This document shows positions 26,364-38,768 of a DNA stretch of 64,000 nt, in pieces; the first letter of the stretch is position 1; every line of letters begins with the position of its first letter. The stretch is from positions 14,190,861 to 14,254,860 of the forward strand of contig OZ316892.1 of NCBI GenBank assembly GCA_973895155.1, read 5' to 3'. The stretch comes from Marsupella aquatica (lineage: Eukaryota; Plantae; Marchantiophyta). The translations under genes and the position numbers were made by a program. The notes below the pieces were generated by a model. The model worked only from the letters and a program-made list of their open reading frames with translations. It was not told the DNA's origin and searched no databases.

Positions 26364-29170
26364 TTAGGTTGGAACGACAGAGAGATGATGCCTTGCCAGC
26401 AGGAGAACATGCTTCGCTATTTGGTTTGAAGCATCAGGCGTTGCAGCTTTCACAGTCCTTCCTGTCATTGTCATCAGCATTTGTGGGTCTCCTGTATAGC
26501 GACAAAAAAGTAGTTATGCCCATAGGGGATCATGAAAAAGCGGAATCCGGCTCTGAACAAGGACAATTTGATTTGAAATTGACTTCTACCTACCTAATCC
26601 TAGTGATGCCTTTTGGCTTTTTTAAGGGACTGAACCAAAGCAATGTCCAAATTCTCTACGATACAATTTCAATGCCTGGTATCATGTGCCTGGTATCATG
26701 TCCCAATTACTCAGAGAGCATAAATTATTTTTATTCATTCACTTCAGGTTGTCGTTTTGTTAGAATGCAGTAATTAGAAGCAGTACACCAAACTCATTTC
26801 ATGCAGAGATGCTAATGAGAGAACGAATAATTTGCTTCATTAAAGTTAAATTATTTGGGGGAGAGAGAAACAAATGGTCATTTATGCAGTGTGTAGAGAA
26901 TCATACCGAGCAACTCATTTATTGAAGTTGCAAGTACTGAAGAATCGAGGGAGCTCTCCAACAGAACTTTGGCAGCCCCTTGTTCTGCCATGGCTACCGC
27001 ATTCTTGGTTTGATGATCCTCAGCGACATTTGTGGAGGGAATCTGTGTTCCAAAAGGTTACTTCAGCTGGCCAGACGTAGTCCTTATCTGCAACTTAATG
27101 CCATGTCCTCATTTTCACCTCATAAAATAGTTTCTGCACATAAGTTCACAGGCAAATGCGAATAATAATCAAGGAGAATACCAGAATTGAAGGTTTGCCG
27201 GTGACTAGCAACTCGCTACAAGTGATCGCCCCTGCTCGAGCAACGACCAAATCTGCAGCTGCATATGCCAGGTGCATAGCATTCACAAACCTGTATATTA
27301 CATTGACATTGGATCACGATGATGATTCATTTGCAGATTCCAAACGGGAAAAACTTCTCATATACTAAACTAACACTGGAAGCCGTTATAATAGACTACG
27401 AGTGACCCGAACTGCTAAGAATATCTGCACTACTGTAAGAACTAAGTGAAAACGTTCTTCGATGCATAGTAATAACGATTCATAGACCACACCCATCACC
27501 TAATCTAATGATACATAACACCATAAGAGGAAGAACTTATCTACCGTTCAGACAACATTCTGAATATAACTAGGGTAGATTTGAATTAAATCCAGGAATC
27601 ATTTTTTGTCATAATTGTGCAGTGGCAACTCATGCATGAACCTCTTCCATGCCAAAGCAAAATCGCAAGGAGTTACTCTGAAGTGGTTCTCATACGGAAA
27701 TACTGCCAGGCGAGGATGACTGCCGACTTGAGCCATAATCTCTTCGTAGTATGTAGCTCCTGTCTGCCATATGACATATCTTGTAGGATTCTCTTCCAGC
27801 ATGGCGGCCACCATACCTGCTGCAGCTCTGTTGACAGACTGTGCCCCTAGAGATCCCCCCAAGATCAACAAGACTTCCTTCCTCATTTTCACCGAAACTG
27901 TTGGACTGGATTCTCTAATAGTTCTGCTCTGGGGATCGTCAGGATCCTTACTTTGTGCCCTCTTCTCTCGATCTTGGTCCTGAGGAAAGAAGAAGCGTCG
28001 GGCTACTGTAGCAGAAATATCCTTCCGGAGCTCTGCCCTCGTGGGATTTCCACATAACACACATTTGTCCTTAGGAAAGTATGGTAGGGCAGCAGAAAAG
28101 GCTACGAAAACAGCGTTTGCAACCATCCCTAAAATCCGATTAGTCACTCCTGCGTATGCATTCTGCTCTTGAATGACAACAGGGTATCCCATCATAGCTG
28201 CCAAGAGGCACACTGGACCAGAGACATACCCCCCAGTTCCAACGACCACGTGGGGCCTCACTTGGCGGAGCAGGTTCCATGAGGCGAACAATGCCCTCAA
28301 GAGCTTTGCAGGCAGCTGCAAGTTCTCAAAGGACATGAAAGGACGGCGAATGGCTACAGCAGGGATCGGCCTGATATGGAATCCAGCTCTCGGCACGGCC
28401 GACCATTCCATTCTATCCTGTGTGCCGACAAACTCCACTTCCACCGCATCACCCGAAAGCCTCCGAATTTCGTCTGCTATGGCTATCGCTGGATACACAT
28501 GTCCTCCTGTCCCACCTGCTGCCATTAGAACTTTCAATCGTTCCTGGCCTCCTCCTGCCTTTGCTCCATTTGACTTCACCTCTGCTGCTTCAATTTCAGA
28601 GCTCTCCCACTTCGCAGAAACATTTTGCCAGTGGTTGGACAAGCATCCCCGCCTGGCTACCCGAACCCGTCTCAACCCTGCTCGCCGACGAATAATTATT
28701 GGGACCAGAAGGACTGCACATCATCAGCACAACAGAATTATTTGAGCCCTGCACTCGTTTTCCAAAATTTGTCTGTCGTCACCAATCAATATGGATTCGC
28801 CTGGTTCCAGTATCATACAAAAACGTTGTTTTGGGGATCTCAAAAAAAATCAGTGATGGAGGAAACACAGTCCCTTCCAGTTTATAGTGAGGCATCTCGA
28901 CTGGAATACCATGCCACTTTACACTACAGTCTAGACAGAGTTGGAATATATTTGAGTTGGATGAGACTCCCCTGTGCAACCTTGAGATAGTTATGTTCTC
29001 AACAAATTAATGATACAATTCAACGACAATGCAATTCCGAAATGGGTGCGAAGAATTAGCCACGGATAAAAGAAAGCTGTCGAAGGCAAATCAGGTCGAG
29101 AAATCCTGCCTGGGAAGTGATGATGCTCTACAGTTGGAACCCAAGCAGCCGCTTGGACGAGAAGCTCCAT
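26364..29170 (-). CDS. murG: MurG, UDP-GlcNAc:lipid I N-acetylglucosaminyltransferase (GT28), probably plastid-targeted
   Basis: Exons 28713-27696 (GGTGGHVYPA, GTGGYVSGP, IQEQN, GNPTR, GGSLGA), 27290-27182 (AYAAADLVVARAGAITCSELLVTGKPSIL), 27042-26907 (IPSTNVAEDHQTKNA) and 26491-26364 (stop TAA). The first exon/ATG is uncertain; candidate ATG at 29170 (MELLVQAAAW...) with a possible GC donor. Confidence 0.93.
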
Positions 29171-29567
29171 ACTGGAGCTCACAATTTTGTCGCTGGCATT
29201 TTGTCGTTGACTCGGAGCACTGGTAAGATCTACTAACTTGATACTAGCACTACGTAAAGCCCGCTATAGTGTACATACAGTCGATACTGCAGGGACTCCT
29301 TGTTTCTGAAGGATGTTGGCCGCACTTCCTGGTCCGTTGCGATTCTGCAAGTACTTGTGAATATTCTCGTTGCAGTTTTTAATGCGTTGTGTATGATTTG
29401 TCTCTTAGTGCTTTGTGGAGAAGAAGGAAGAGGGCATGAGACAGATCGCAAGACGAACATGCAGTGGGAAAAGGAGTGGTGGTCGAAGAGTGGATACAGT
29501 AATGTCGATGAACCCGTCACACCCCACCAGGTCAAATCGCTCCCCAACGCAAAACTATTCTCACAAT

Positions 29568-29907
29568 TAGTGTCCGGTTCGGGGTCAGTCAGGGTCGGGC
29601 CGGGGTGTGGGACCCCGACAAATGACATTTGTCACACCCGGTTGTCCCGGCCCCGGCCCGCCCACACCCCGGCCCGACCCTGACCGACCCCGAACCGGGG
29701 GGCCAGCTCGCTAAACCGGGGGAGTCCGGGACCGGGACCGGGCCCGGAGGGGTTCGGGATGGGTTGGGAGGGGGTCGGGAAAGTTCGGGACAGGGGGCCG
29801 GGAGAGGGTTAGGAAAGTTTGGGGCCGGCCGGGGAATATCGGCGAATATTACAAGTTGTTGTGTCCAACAATACGACAACTTGTCCCACAGTTCAAACCG
29901 GGAGCTA
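29568..29907. mobile_element. GC-rich MITE/foldback-like insertion upstream of murG
   Basis: 38-bp inverted repeat with one mismatch (29574-29611 / 29661-29698), a second hairpin ACAAGTTGTTGT/ACGACAACTTGT, and imperfect terminal inverted repeats TAGTGTCCGGTT / AACCGGGAGCTA. Far more GC-rich than its flanks. Confidence 0.6.
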
Positions 29908-29911
29908 ACAT

Positions 29912-30033
29912 TGTAAGTGAACCACACTCAACACACATGGAGGTAGGCGTGAAGGGCCTGTAGCTTAGTGGTAGGGGTACACTCGAGGTACTAGGTTCAA
30001 TTACTAGGAGGTATTGTATAAAGCAAGCAAACA
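29912..30033 (+). mobile_element. tRNA-like LTR copy (solo LTR or 5' LTR of a TRIM)
   Basis: Starts TGTAAGTGAACCACACTC and shares TGAACCACACTC, GGCCTGTAG and GTACAC..GAGGT.CT.GGTTCAATT.CTAG with the LTR at 31072. A-box TAGCTTAGTGG and B-box GGTTCAATT. The 3' end is uncertain. Confidence 0.65.
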
Positions 30034-30711
30034 CAATTTTGATAGTAATTAAGGAGAATGATGTTGTTGTTTCAAATTCTTTTGATTTTTGCTGCCTAAT
30101 AAATTTAGTGTTTTCTTTTACAACTCTAGCAAGCCAAAAGAGGAGTCCCAAAAATGGATGTTACCAACCAGGTTGTTGTTTGCAAGGCACTTGGATATTA
30201 AGAAGGGGGTCATGTAAGTAAAAGTTTGCTCATGTGAGAGATTTTTTATTGTTTCCTTGCATGCTACAATGACCCCAATTCCTAGTCAGTCCATCCTATT
30301 CCATGACAATTCTGAAGCTGCTATATGGTGAATCCAACTCTCATGTTTTGTCTTATTCATATTTGTGTATCATGAATTTTTATTTGAATGTACCTAACAA
30401 GGGGCATCCTTTGTATCACATAGACTTTTAATTCATTTTTGGACCCCTTTAAATTTTTGGTATCCTATAGTATTTTGAATTTATTTTGGCAACCCCCTTA
30501 ATTTTTAAACTTTGTTAAGTCCTAGAGAGAAACTAAGGGCTTCACTTTCTACGCTTTTAAATATACTCATGAGTGAGAGGAACGATTCTAAGTAATGTCA
30601 GCACATCCTCTCTTAAGCTCTCCTTGTGGCTTTCTTTCCTAAGTTTATGGTTTTTATTAAAATAAGAGTCATTAATAAGACACATTGAATATGTGCACCA
30701 GTCTTAGCATC

Positions 30712-30900
30712 TTTGTGTCATAAAATCTTTGTGTCATAAAATTGTACTTTCCATTGGTCACTATGTGCTTTTATTGCATGTGCTTTATTTATATTATTTG
30801 ATTGCATTGTGTACAACTCGTAGCAACTTTGTGTAATAAAATTGTACTTTCCATTGGTCACTATGTGCCATGTACTTTATTTATATTATTTGATTTCATT
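30712..30900. repeat. ~100-bp direct duplication
   Basis: TTTGTGT.ATAAAATTGTACTTTCCATTGGTCACTATGTGC at ~30728 and ~30828. Confidence 0.8.
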
Positions 30901-30989
30901 CACATTTAATATGTATTCTAGTCTTACTCTTTAATTTTGTCCACTTAATATCACTACAAGACAAAAAGTAAACCATGTTCCAGGATGAG

Positions 30990-31181
30990 CATGCTATATT
31001 GAAAGTTCCAACATGGTATCAGAGCCAAAAATCAGGAATTTCTATTGAAGCGAGTGTGGCTAAAGGGAGGGTGCTAGACCTGAACCACACTCGGACTGAC
31101 AGGCCTGTAGGAGCACTACAACGTACACCGGAGGTCCTTGGTTCAATTCCTAGTCCATCCATGCTGTTAAAAGTTCCAACA
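30990..31181 (+). mobile_element. Terminal-repeat retrotransposon in miniature (TRIM): LTR end + PBS + 36-bp spacer + PPT + complete tRNA-like 3' LTR
   Basis: LTR 3' end CATGCT...AAAGTTCCAACA (30990-31013) is repeated at 31160-31181. PBS TGGTATCAGAGC (31014-31025) is complementary to the 3' end of initiator tRNA-Met. PPT AAAGGGAGGG (31062-31071). LTR 31072-31181 begins TG, ends CA and contains GGTTCAATTCC. Confidence 0.85.
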
Positions 31182-34100
31182 AACATGCCAAAATTGGCTG
31201 CAAAGACTCTCCCACGATTCTGAGGTAGTCAGGATGTCATGATACTCAGCACGAGCTTCTTCAGCTGCAAGGGCCACTAACCTCGTGAGGAGGGTCGACT
31301 TCCATGCAAACCAAAATAATGGAGCTGGATGATGCGGCATCTTCTCCCTACCTCATCGAGACTGCCAAAGCCGGTAAGCTAGCAAGCATCAATGTTGGTC
31401 CATCCAGTGCCACCCTCGTCCATCAAGACTCGCCTCAACTAAGGGGTCTCAAACATCAAAGTTTGGCCCTTTGTGCCCCCTTGATTGGGTCTTTTTGTTT
31501 TGCCTCTGGAATCATGTCTTGGCTCATTTACCTCTACTATCATGGCTCTGCGTTGGGGGCCTTTTGTTTTTCTGCATTTAAAATACTATCAAAATTTGAT
31601 GTACTTTAACCTAGTAGTTAAGGTTACTGCCAGAAAATAAAAGTTATCTACTACCAAATTCACTGATCCAAAATTTCCAAAAAAAGTTATGTACTACCAA
31701 ATCCATGATCCATAACTTTTGCCGTACAGATTGCAACACAGATTGGTCATATGCCGTACCAAATTCATGATCCATGAGTTTTTGCCATAAAGATTGGTCT
31801 GATGCCATGACCAAAAGTCACTCTAGAGGCTAGTGAAGAGAAAAACATTTTTACACAACCTTGTGAAAAAGCTATAGCCATTTGTTTATGACCAAAAGTC
31901 ATTATCCGTGAATATTAAGCTTTGAGACACCCTACTAGTGCACCACAAAATCTGCCTTGCAAGCCTTGGCACCCTGGGATCTGTGAAACATTCAATCTGG
32001 ATTTGTTTGTGACAGAAGCAGTCAAACTCTAAAACATGATGCTTGGCTAACCCACCTGCTCAACCGTTAGTCGCACACTAAAATCTGATGCTTTGCTACC
32101 CCAACCTAATTTTTCTTTGACAGTTATTGAACTTAAAGTGTCCCTCATTGGGGTATAAAATGTGTCTCGTTGGGGTTTTTCATGTGCCTTATTGATGTTT
32201 ATGCATATTTCCTGTGAGTTTGGGGGTTTCTTTTGACAGTGACTGAACTTGAAATGTGCCTTATTGGGGTTTATACATATTTCCTGTGAATTTGAAATTT
32301 CACTATACCCCCTAATGTATTAATAAACACAATTTTATTCTTCTGTTTCACTTTTATGGGTTTGATGCTCATGAGGCCCACCACTTAATCCTGTAAAACC
32401 CTCACAGTTTATCATAGAGGCTGGATCTGGCATTCCAATGATCACACTCAGTCTTCCTAAACCACCTAACAGAAGTTACTCAGAAGTTTTCATAAGGAGA
32501 TTCAAATACATATTTATTTAGTATTGCCCATAATGCCCTCAAACAGGGCATTAATACACTTTAATGCCTAAGAGGTTTTTATATTTAGTAAAAGTAGAAA
32601 ACATTTTTCATAATGCCCCCATCCAAACCTGGACGATGCATTCTTCTCCTTGGATGACACATATGCAACCACCCAATTGCATGAGATTCATGTGCATCGT
32701 GAGGATGGGTGAATTTTGAATAGTCTTATTAGGAGATACAGTAGTCACAAATATAATTACAATAAGATATTGATATGCTAGACAAATTTAAATCAAATGC
32801 ACATAGAAGAAAAGTTTTAAGCCAAACAAATACATTTATCCACTTCAGGGGTAGAGGTGGTTGTCTAGAAATTGGGTTTCTTCAATAAAACCAACTTTAA
32901 ACAAATTTAAACTATTTAAAAATCAGAGCACTAGGTGTTTTTACCAGACTTACCAAACTACACTATTTTTTTTATAGAAAAGAATCTATCATTTCTGTTT
33001 AAGTTTATTCTATTGCATCTGGTGATAATTTCAAAATCAAGTATCATTTTACTACTCCTTAAAAATATGATGTAACCATGGTTAAAGGAGCCACAATTTG
33101 ATAAATGTGTTTAATAGCAACTAATGCAAAACCTTCTTCTTCACATTAACATGAGGGTAAATCTATGGTTCTTTGAAATTGAACTCTCCTTGGATCCAAA
33201 AGTTCTTAAGTTTCTCTTTGACAACAAATTTCACTCACTTTAGAGTGTGCTCAATCTTTAAGTGATCCAATCAAATGTGGTCCATTTGAGATTTCTAGAG
33301 GTGGGGACTAGCGTACCTCGGCAAAGGCTTGCCGCCTTAGAGTACATCCATGTCACACTTGCAGATTTACTTAAAGCACTAGATGTGGACCACTAGCTTA
33401 TCACACCATATTCATCTCTTAGCTTTTCCTTTTTCTCGATAATTGGGGTTTACTTTTGCTATCCAGAACTCTTTTTCCTCGATAGTTGGTGTGTGGGTAT
33501 CCAGAACTCTTTTGTTTTTACTCCATTGTACTTTATTTTGACGTGAAATATACTTGTGAACCTCCAAACAAAACGTTTTCTCTTCATCAACCAAAAGATG
33601 GATTTTCCCTTTCAATGGACCTGGAGGCCCAGCAGAGGTACCATTTAGAGTCAGGAGTTCTTATAACATGATTCACATATCATTGTTATAAGAACTCCCT
33701 ACACTCCTTATAATCAAGCCTGACACTCCTCACAATGCTTGTAAGGTGATTGGATTACTTTGAACCAAATGTTAAAGCAAGATGTTCTATGATTGTGGTG
33801 TGTCTAACCGTGTAGCCAAGTGCAGTTGACTACAATTGCCGTGTCAAGTGAACCGTTTGCCGTGCAGCTGCAACACAATATGAAGTGTCATAATTAGAAC
33901 TTGTAGACATCTTGTAGACATGGCATACACATAGTTAGAGGACTACGGCTTAAAGCAAATCGTGGCAACACAAGAAAATGTCAAGAAATAATCCTAAAAT
34001 TCTAAAAATTCTAAAAATTCCTTTGACTTTTTTTATATAATATTTACATTATCTTCAAAAAAGCAATGAGGTTGGGGAAGCTAGGGGCGCTTGCGTGCTT

Positions 34101-34702
34101 AAGTGCGTCGTAAGCTTGTCCCTTTGTAGTGTGAATACAATAGCCACAATTTGTTCAACCAAGCTAGGAGGCCACACTATGGCATCTGCACATTCCAATG
34201 CAGCTATAAGATACTGCATTTGTAGGTTGAATACAATAATCACAATGTATTCATATATTTAACTTGGGAGACGCTAGTGTGCTCCATTGCAAACCAGGTG
34301 CTATGGTGCGTGGGGGATCCATGCACTACTCAATTACCTTTTGATGTTACTACACAAGACCAACCACATTGTTATCAGGTTCCATAGTTGGCGTGAACTC
34401 TCTGGTGAACCCTTTGGTAAGAACATTGTTGTGGGGAGTGGGCCCTTGAGGTCCACTCCAAGAGAATCTGAAACTTTGGGTTCACTCAGATAGAATAATT
34501 CAGTTTGTCTGTTAGACATAATTTTTTGTTTGGAAGTCCACTGAGCATATATATAGATCTCTTGTTTTGACCCTTTTTAGTAAAGTGGTACTTTTTGTTT
34601 TACTTTTACTTTGTTTGCTCGTTTCCAATAAGTGGCTGTTTTCTTTTCTTTATACCCTATTCTACTTTGTTTGGTTCTTTCTAGTAAACAACTTTTAATT
34701 AT

Positions 34703-34871
34703 GTTGCCACAAAAAGATGTTCTAATTGACAATTGTGCCACAATTTTTTTTGTATTTACAAATATGTCAGGGTTTCATATAATGATGGACTATAACTTTC
34801 ATATATGGACTATAACCCTGACATGTTTGTAAATAAGATAAAAATATTGGCAATATTGTGTATTCAATTAG
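34703..34871. mobile_element. Palindromic MITE-like copy homologous to the unit of the 1160-2660 array
   Basis: TTGCCAC.AAAAGATGTTCTAATTGACAAT matches 2470-2497. Arms TATTTACAAATATGTCAGGGTT / AACCCTGACATGTTTGTAAATA and CTAATTGA / TCAATTAG. Confidence 0.65.
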
Positions 34872-37800
34872 TTCGTGGACCCCTTGGCTAATTGACAGCA
34901 TGGTTATCACAAGCAATTGTCAAAATCAAGCCTTTTCGTTACTTACATGAGTCACGTTCTCAAGCTACTAGAGTCATAATTCAATTGTGGCAAGTCCATT
35001 TCCAATTTATTAGATGAATGTGTGATCAAATGAATTGTATCAGTTGGTTGAGTTCAAGTTGGGATCATGGCTAGCAGATTACCTTAATTGCAAAGAGCCA
35101 GAAATCTGACTCCAGGTGCCAATTACCCTTTTAACCACAGATATGGGTAACCCAGAGCCCGCATTTCCAAGTGCATCCAACACTTAAAACAGCGGGCAGC
35201 ACAGTAGCGCCTCCCTTCAACTCTTAGATTTGCATTGAAAGCAACGCTTATTGTCAACCATCAGATCAGATCTATGGCTCAAATTGTAGGTCTCGTTGAG
35301 ATCTACGTCTGTGAAAAAAAGCAGGCAAAATGGTTGGATATTTTGTGAGAAATAACAAAAAAAAACAAACGGGGCAATCTGATTGGCCGAATTTGAAATT
35401 TGAATTTCAGGGGGAAGGGTCGATCTGAGCCATCTCCATTTCTTGTCTCCGGAAATCTCGTCCGTCCATCATAATGGCCAATCTATGGCTCAAAAGAAAG
35501 ATCTCAAAGAGATCTATGGATGGGTCCTCTCCGTTTTGTAAATGAGTTAATATTTTTCAAATGAAAAATAAAACAAATCCAAGCCTTCCTAACCGTGGAT
35601 TTTGTTGATTTTACAATCTTTGCCGTCCATTTTGTAATGTCTCTAGAAATCTTATTCATCCATGTTAGAAGGCGATCTAGGGTGCAAAAGAAAGATCTCA
35701 ATGAGATCTACGACTGGGTTTTTTTTGTTTTGAGAATGAGTAAATAGTTTTGAGTATAAAATTCGGTGAACTTTCAAGATTCCAGCCATTCCTCCTCGGT
35801 CCCCAATCATGGGTTTCTATGTGCTCTTCCCAGCATTAATGGCCGTACAATACAAGAGGTCCTTATACACTGGGAGTTGCGGTTTAACAAGGAAGTTATC
35901 AAGTTAGTTATTAGCCATTATTTTTTATATGAAAAATATTTTTTAAAAATCTTTGAATTTAAATTTTAAGGGAAATGTAACTAAAACAGTTACATAGTGA
36001 TAGTTTTAACCGTCTTGTATTTTGCATTTCTAACTTTATTACTTCTCTTTTTACGGCATGGCGTCCCAAAATTTACACATAAATTGACGCAAACACGAAT
36101 GAAAATTGTAAGTTTTATTCACAAAACTGACAAGTCTTGTTTGTTGCGGTTGTTGTTGACGTGGCACGCTCTGGTGCCAAGAATTTTGGAAGGGACCTCT
36201 AGTGGGGTCCGGAAATATTTGTTTTTACAATGTGCTTAAAAGTTGTACTTGAATGGGTACTTTTTTGTTTTCCTCTATTGTTCTTTGTTTTGCCTTTTCA
36301 CTAGATTGGTAAGTTTAATGGACCCCCTTGGGAAGCTCCTTCCAAAATCCGTGGAAGCGCATGCTCCCAGATCAACACTATTGGTCACAAACAAGAAGGG
36401 TTCGTTATACAAAAGGTACCAAACAAGACTATGTGTGTTTGAGCTAGACAAGAAAAATAATATTTAGACCTTGTAATTGTACAAAAAATAGAAAACTGAA
36501 AAGTAACTTTCAAATAAACAAAGAAAGGGGTGAAAATGAAATAACCTTTGGATGGATCGTGATTGATATATCAGTGTTTTCCAATAGATTGTAGGAGTTT
36601 TCTATTTAATTAACAATTTTTGGAATAAGCATGGTAAAAAGAAACTCTTCAACTACTGTAATATTTACCAAGGTAATGTCACAAACCCTTTGGCTACTAT
36701 GGACAAAAGAACACCAAGGGAACATAAGAAACCTTACAATTACTATGGATAAAAGAATACCAAAAGAATGTAAGAAACTCTTTGGCTTCTATAACACATT
36801 TTGCATGGCCTCTAAGGACATTTGAGTACCAAGGGAAAGTTTGCATGGACTACTACCATGAAAAATCTACTCTTTTTTCCCCTCATCTCCATATTCAAAG
36901 CTATGCCAATATGCAAGGCTTCATTTGCTCTAACTTAGCAGTTGAATAACATCAAACTTAAACAACCAAGGGGTCCTCCAGCTAATTTTCTTTGCATCCA
37001 TTGTTCTTTGTTTGGCCTTTTTTCTTCTTGACTGTGATTCGCTCAGAGAGTACATTGGGCAAAGGTATAGTAAGACACTACCCAATGAGATACTGTAATA
37101 ACATTTACAAGCTTGAATGCTCTTTCTTTGAATGTTAAAAGGGATAAGCCAAAAGAAGGCTTGCAAATGAGCCAAAAGTTTCATGGGCTCGTCCCATAAA
37201 AAGAAAAAAAAGAAAAAAAAGAGAACCAATGTTGTTCCCTTCATCTTTGCCCCCATTTGTGTTTTTGGTTTTCATTTTAGTTTTGTCCTTATTAGTTTAT
37301 CTTTATCTATAATTAAGGTCTAGAGAGGCTTCATTCCAGAAGCCTAATCTGTAAGGTTTCCACTTTTTCACCACATTGGCCAATGTAGACTCTGTGAAGG
37401 AGAAGATGCTCAAATATTATTTATCTGATTTTTTGGAATCTCCCTGGAATATTTTACTGACCATCAGATCTTACTAGATTTAAGGATGTCCATTAGATTC
37501 TGTCCAATAGGCCTGTGAAGAGGTGGAATTTGGCAAAATTTTGTCACTAAAAAAAGGGTGCTTTACAGGTAAAATTAGTTAAAATAAAGGCTGGTCTAGA
37601 CACCAACTTTACCTCATGTTTTCGCTTTAAAAGTAAGATTAATTTTATCTTTGTCTGTACTTAAAGTTTCACTCTAGAAGTCTAGATACAACTGTACCTG
37701 ATTTTCGCGCTTTCTAAGTAAGATGTTTACTGAACGGTACTTGTACTTACTGTACTTACAATATTCTGCAGGAAGAGTTCGTTTGAACTGTGACGAAGAT

Positions 37801-38768
37801 TCGCTCCAGTCCTGTTTGAAGTAGCATGAAGTCATGAACGGTCGCTGCGAAGGTTGTATCTGTTTCCTCGATTGCAGCCAGCATCCGCTCCGACGTACTC
37901 TGTCGACCCATGTTTTATTCCTTTCGAGAATTCTGCAATTCAGGTTGTCAGCCGCAGGGATCCTGTGTACGCCCATTTACTCTGAAATCATTCGACTCGA
38001 GCGGCGTTCTCTTCGTCAATCGACCACATTTGGGTTCTTGGTTGCTTTGCGGTAGTGAAGGTTTTATGCCTTTCAAATTCTTCGGCTAACCAGTTCTGCG
38101 ATCCCGGTGGACACCGAATCCAAAGCCTGCTGCATCGACACTCGGCTGGGTTCTTGCGTTTCGACGATTGACGGTCCGCATTCTTTGCCATGGATCGCAC
38201 CCATCGAGGACCATTTGAGCGGGCAATCTCCGTCGGCTTTGACGAGTTGGCTTCGGAGCTTCTGAGCTGCATCGAGCCATTCGTTTATCCTGGTGCATAG
38301 GCTCGGCCAGTTTTGTTTATATTCCGGTAGTCGTACCAGACCTATGCTGTTTGCTGTTTTGTCCAGATTTTCGGTTCTCAGGGCTGAGTGTTCTGGTCGT
38401 TCTCTGCTATGGTATCCCCTGTGTCTTTCTCGCCTGAAATGACTGCATTTTGAATTACCACCCGTTCCAGTACTGTCCGGTCAATCGTTTAGGCCGGCTG
38501 ATTTGGTTGAAAGTTTAAATTGCAACCTATTCAACCTCTGAAGCGTTTACGAAGTGTTTCGATTGCGCAATTGAACACTCTGTTTCAGAATTTTATTACG
38601 TATCATGAGCCGAGATTGTGAATCAAGGGTTCTTGTCTGACCTCGCTCTGAGGTGACTGAAAGTTGTCCCTCTCAATGTGCTGAGAACACAGGCATGGTA
38701 CGTTTGGAAGGAGGAAGCCGTGCCCGGAGGACCTCATATTAGCGACTCTAAGGTTAAGAGAATCCGAG

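Noticed and set aside
26364-28713. Bacterial contamination or recent HGT of murG
   Set aside because: The gene has spliceosomal introns and an N-terminal extension; plant MurG is a long-established nuclear gene.
29954-30012. Functional tRNA gene
   Set aside because: The anticodon arm is deleted and the acceptor stem is poor. The sequence is embedded in an LTR-like repeat, so it is treated as tRNA-derived.
33100-36900. L1-type LINE remnants (33100-33650, 36630-36830)
   Set aside because: Only vague motifs (e.g. TLWLLWTKE); too decayed to call without a search.
37327-37346. miR166-like AGGCTTCATTCC
   Set aside because: 12-nt partial match in a tiny hairpin, with no miRNA* arm.
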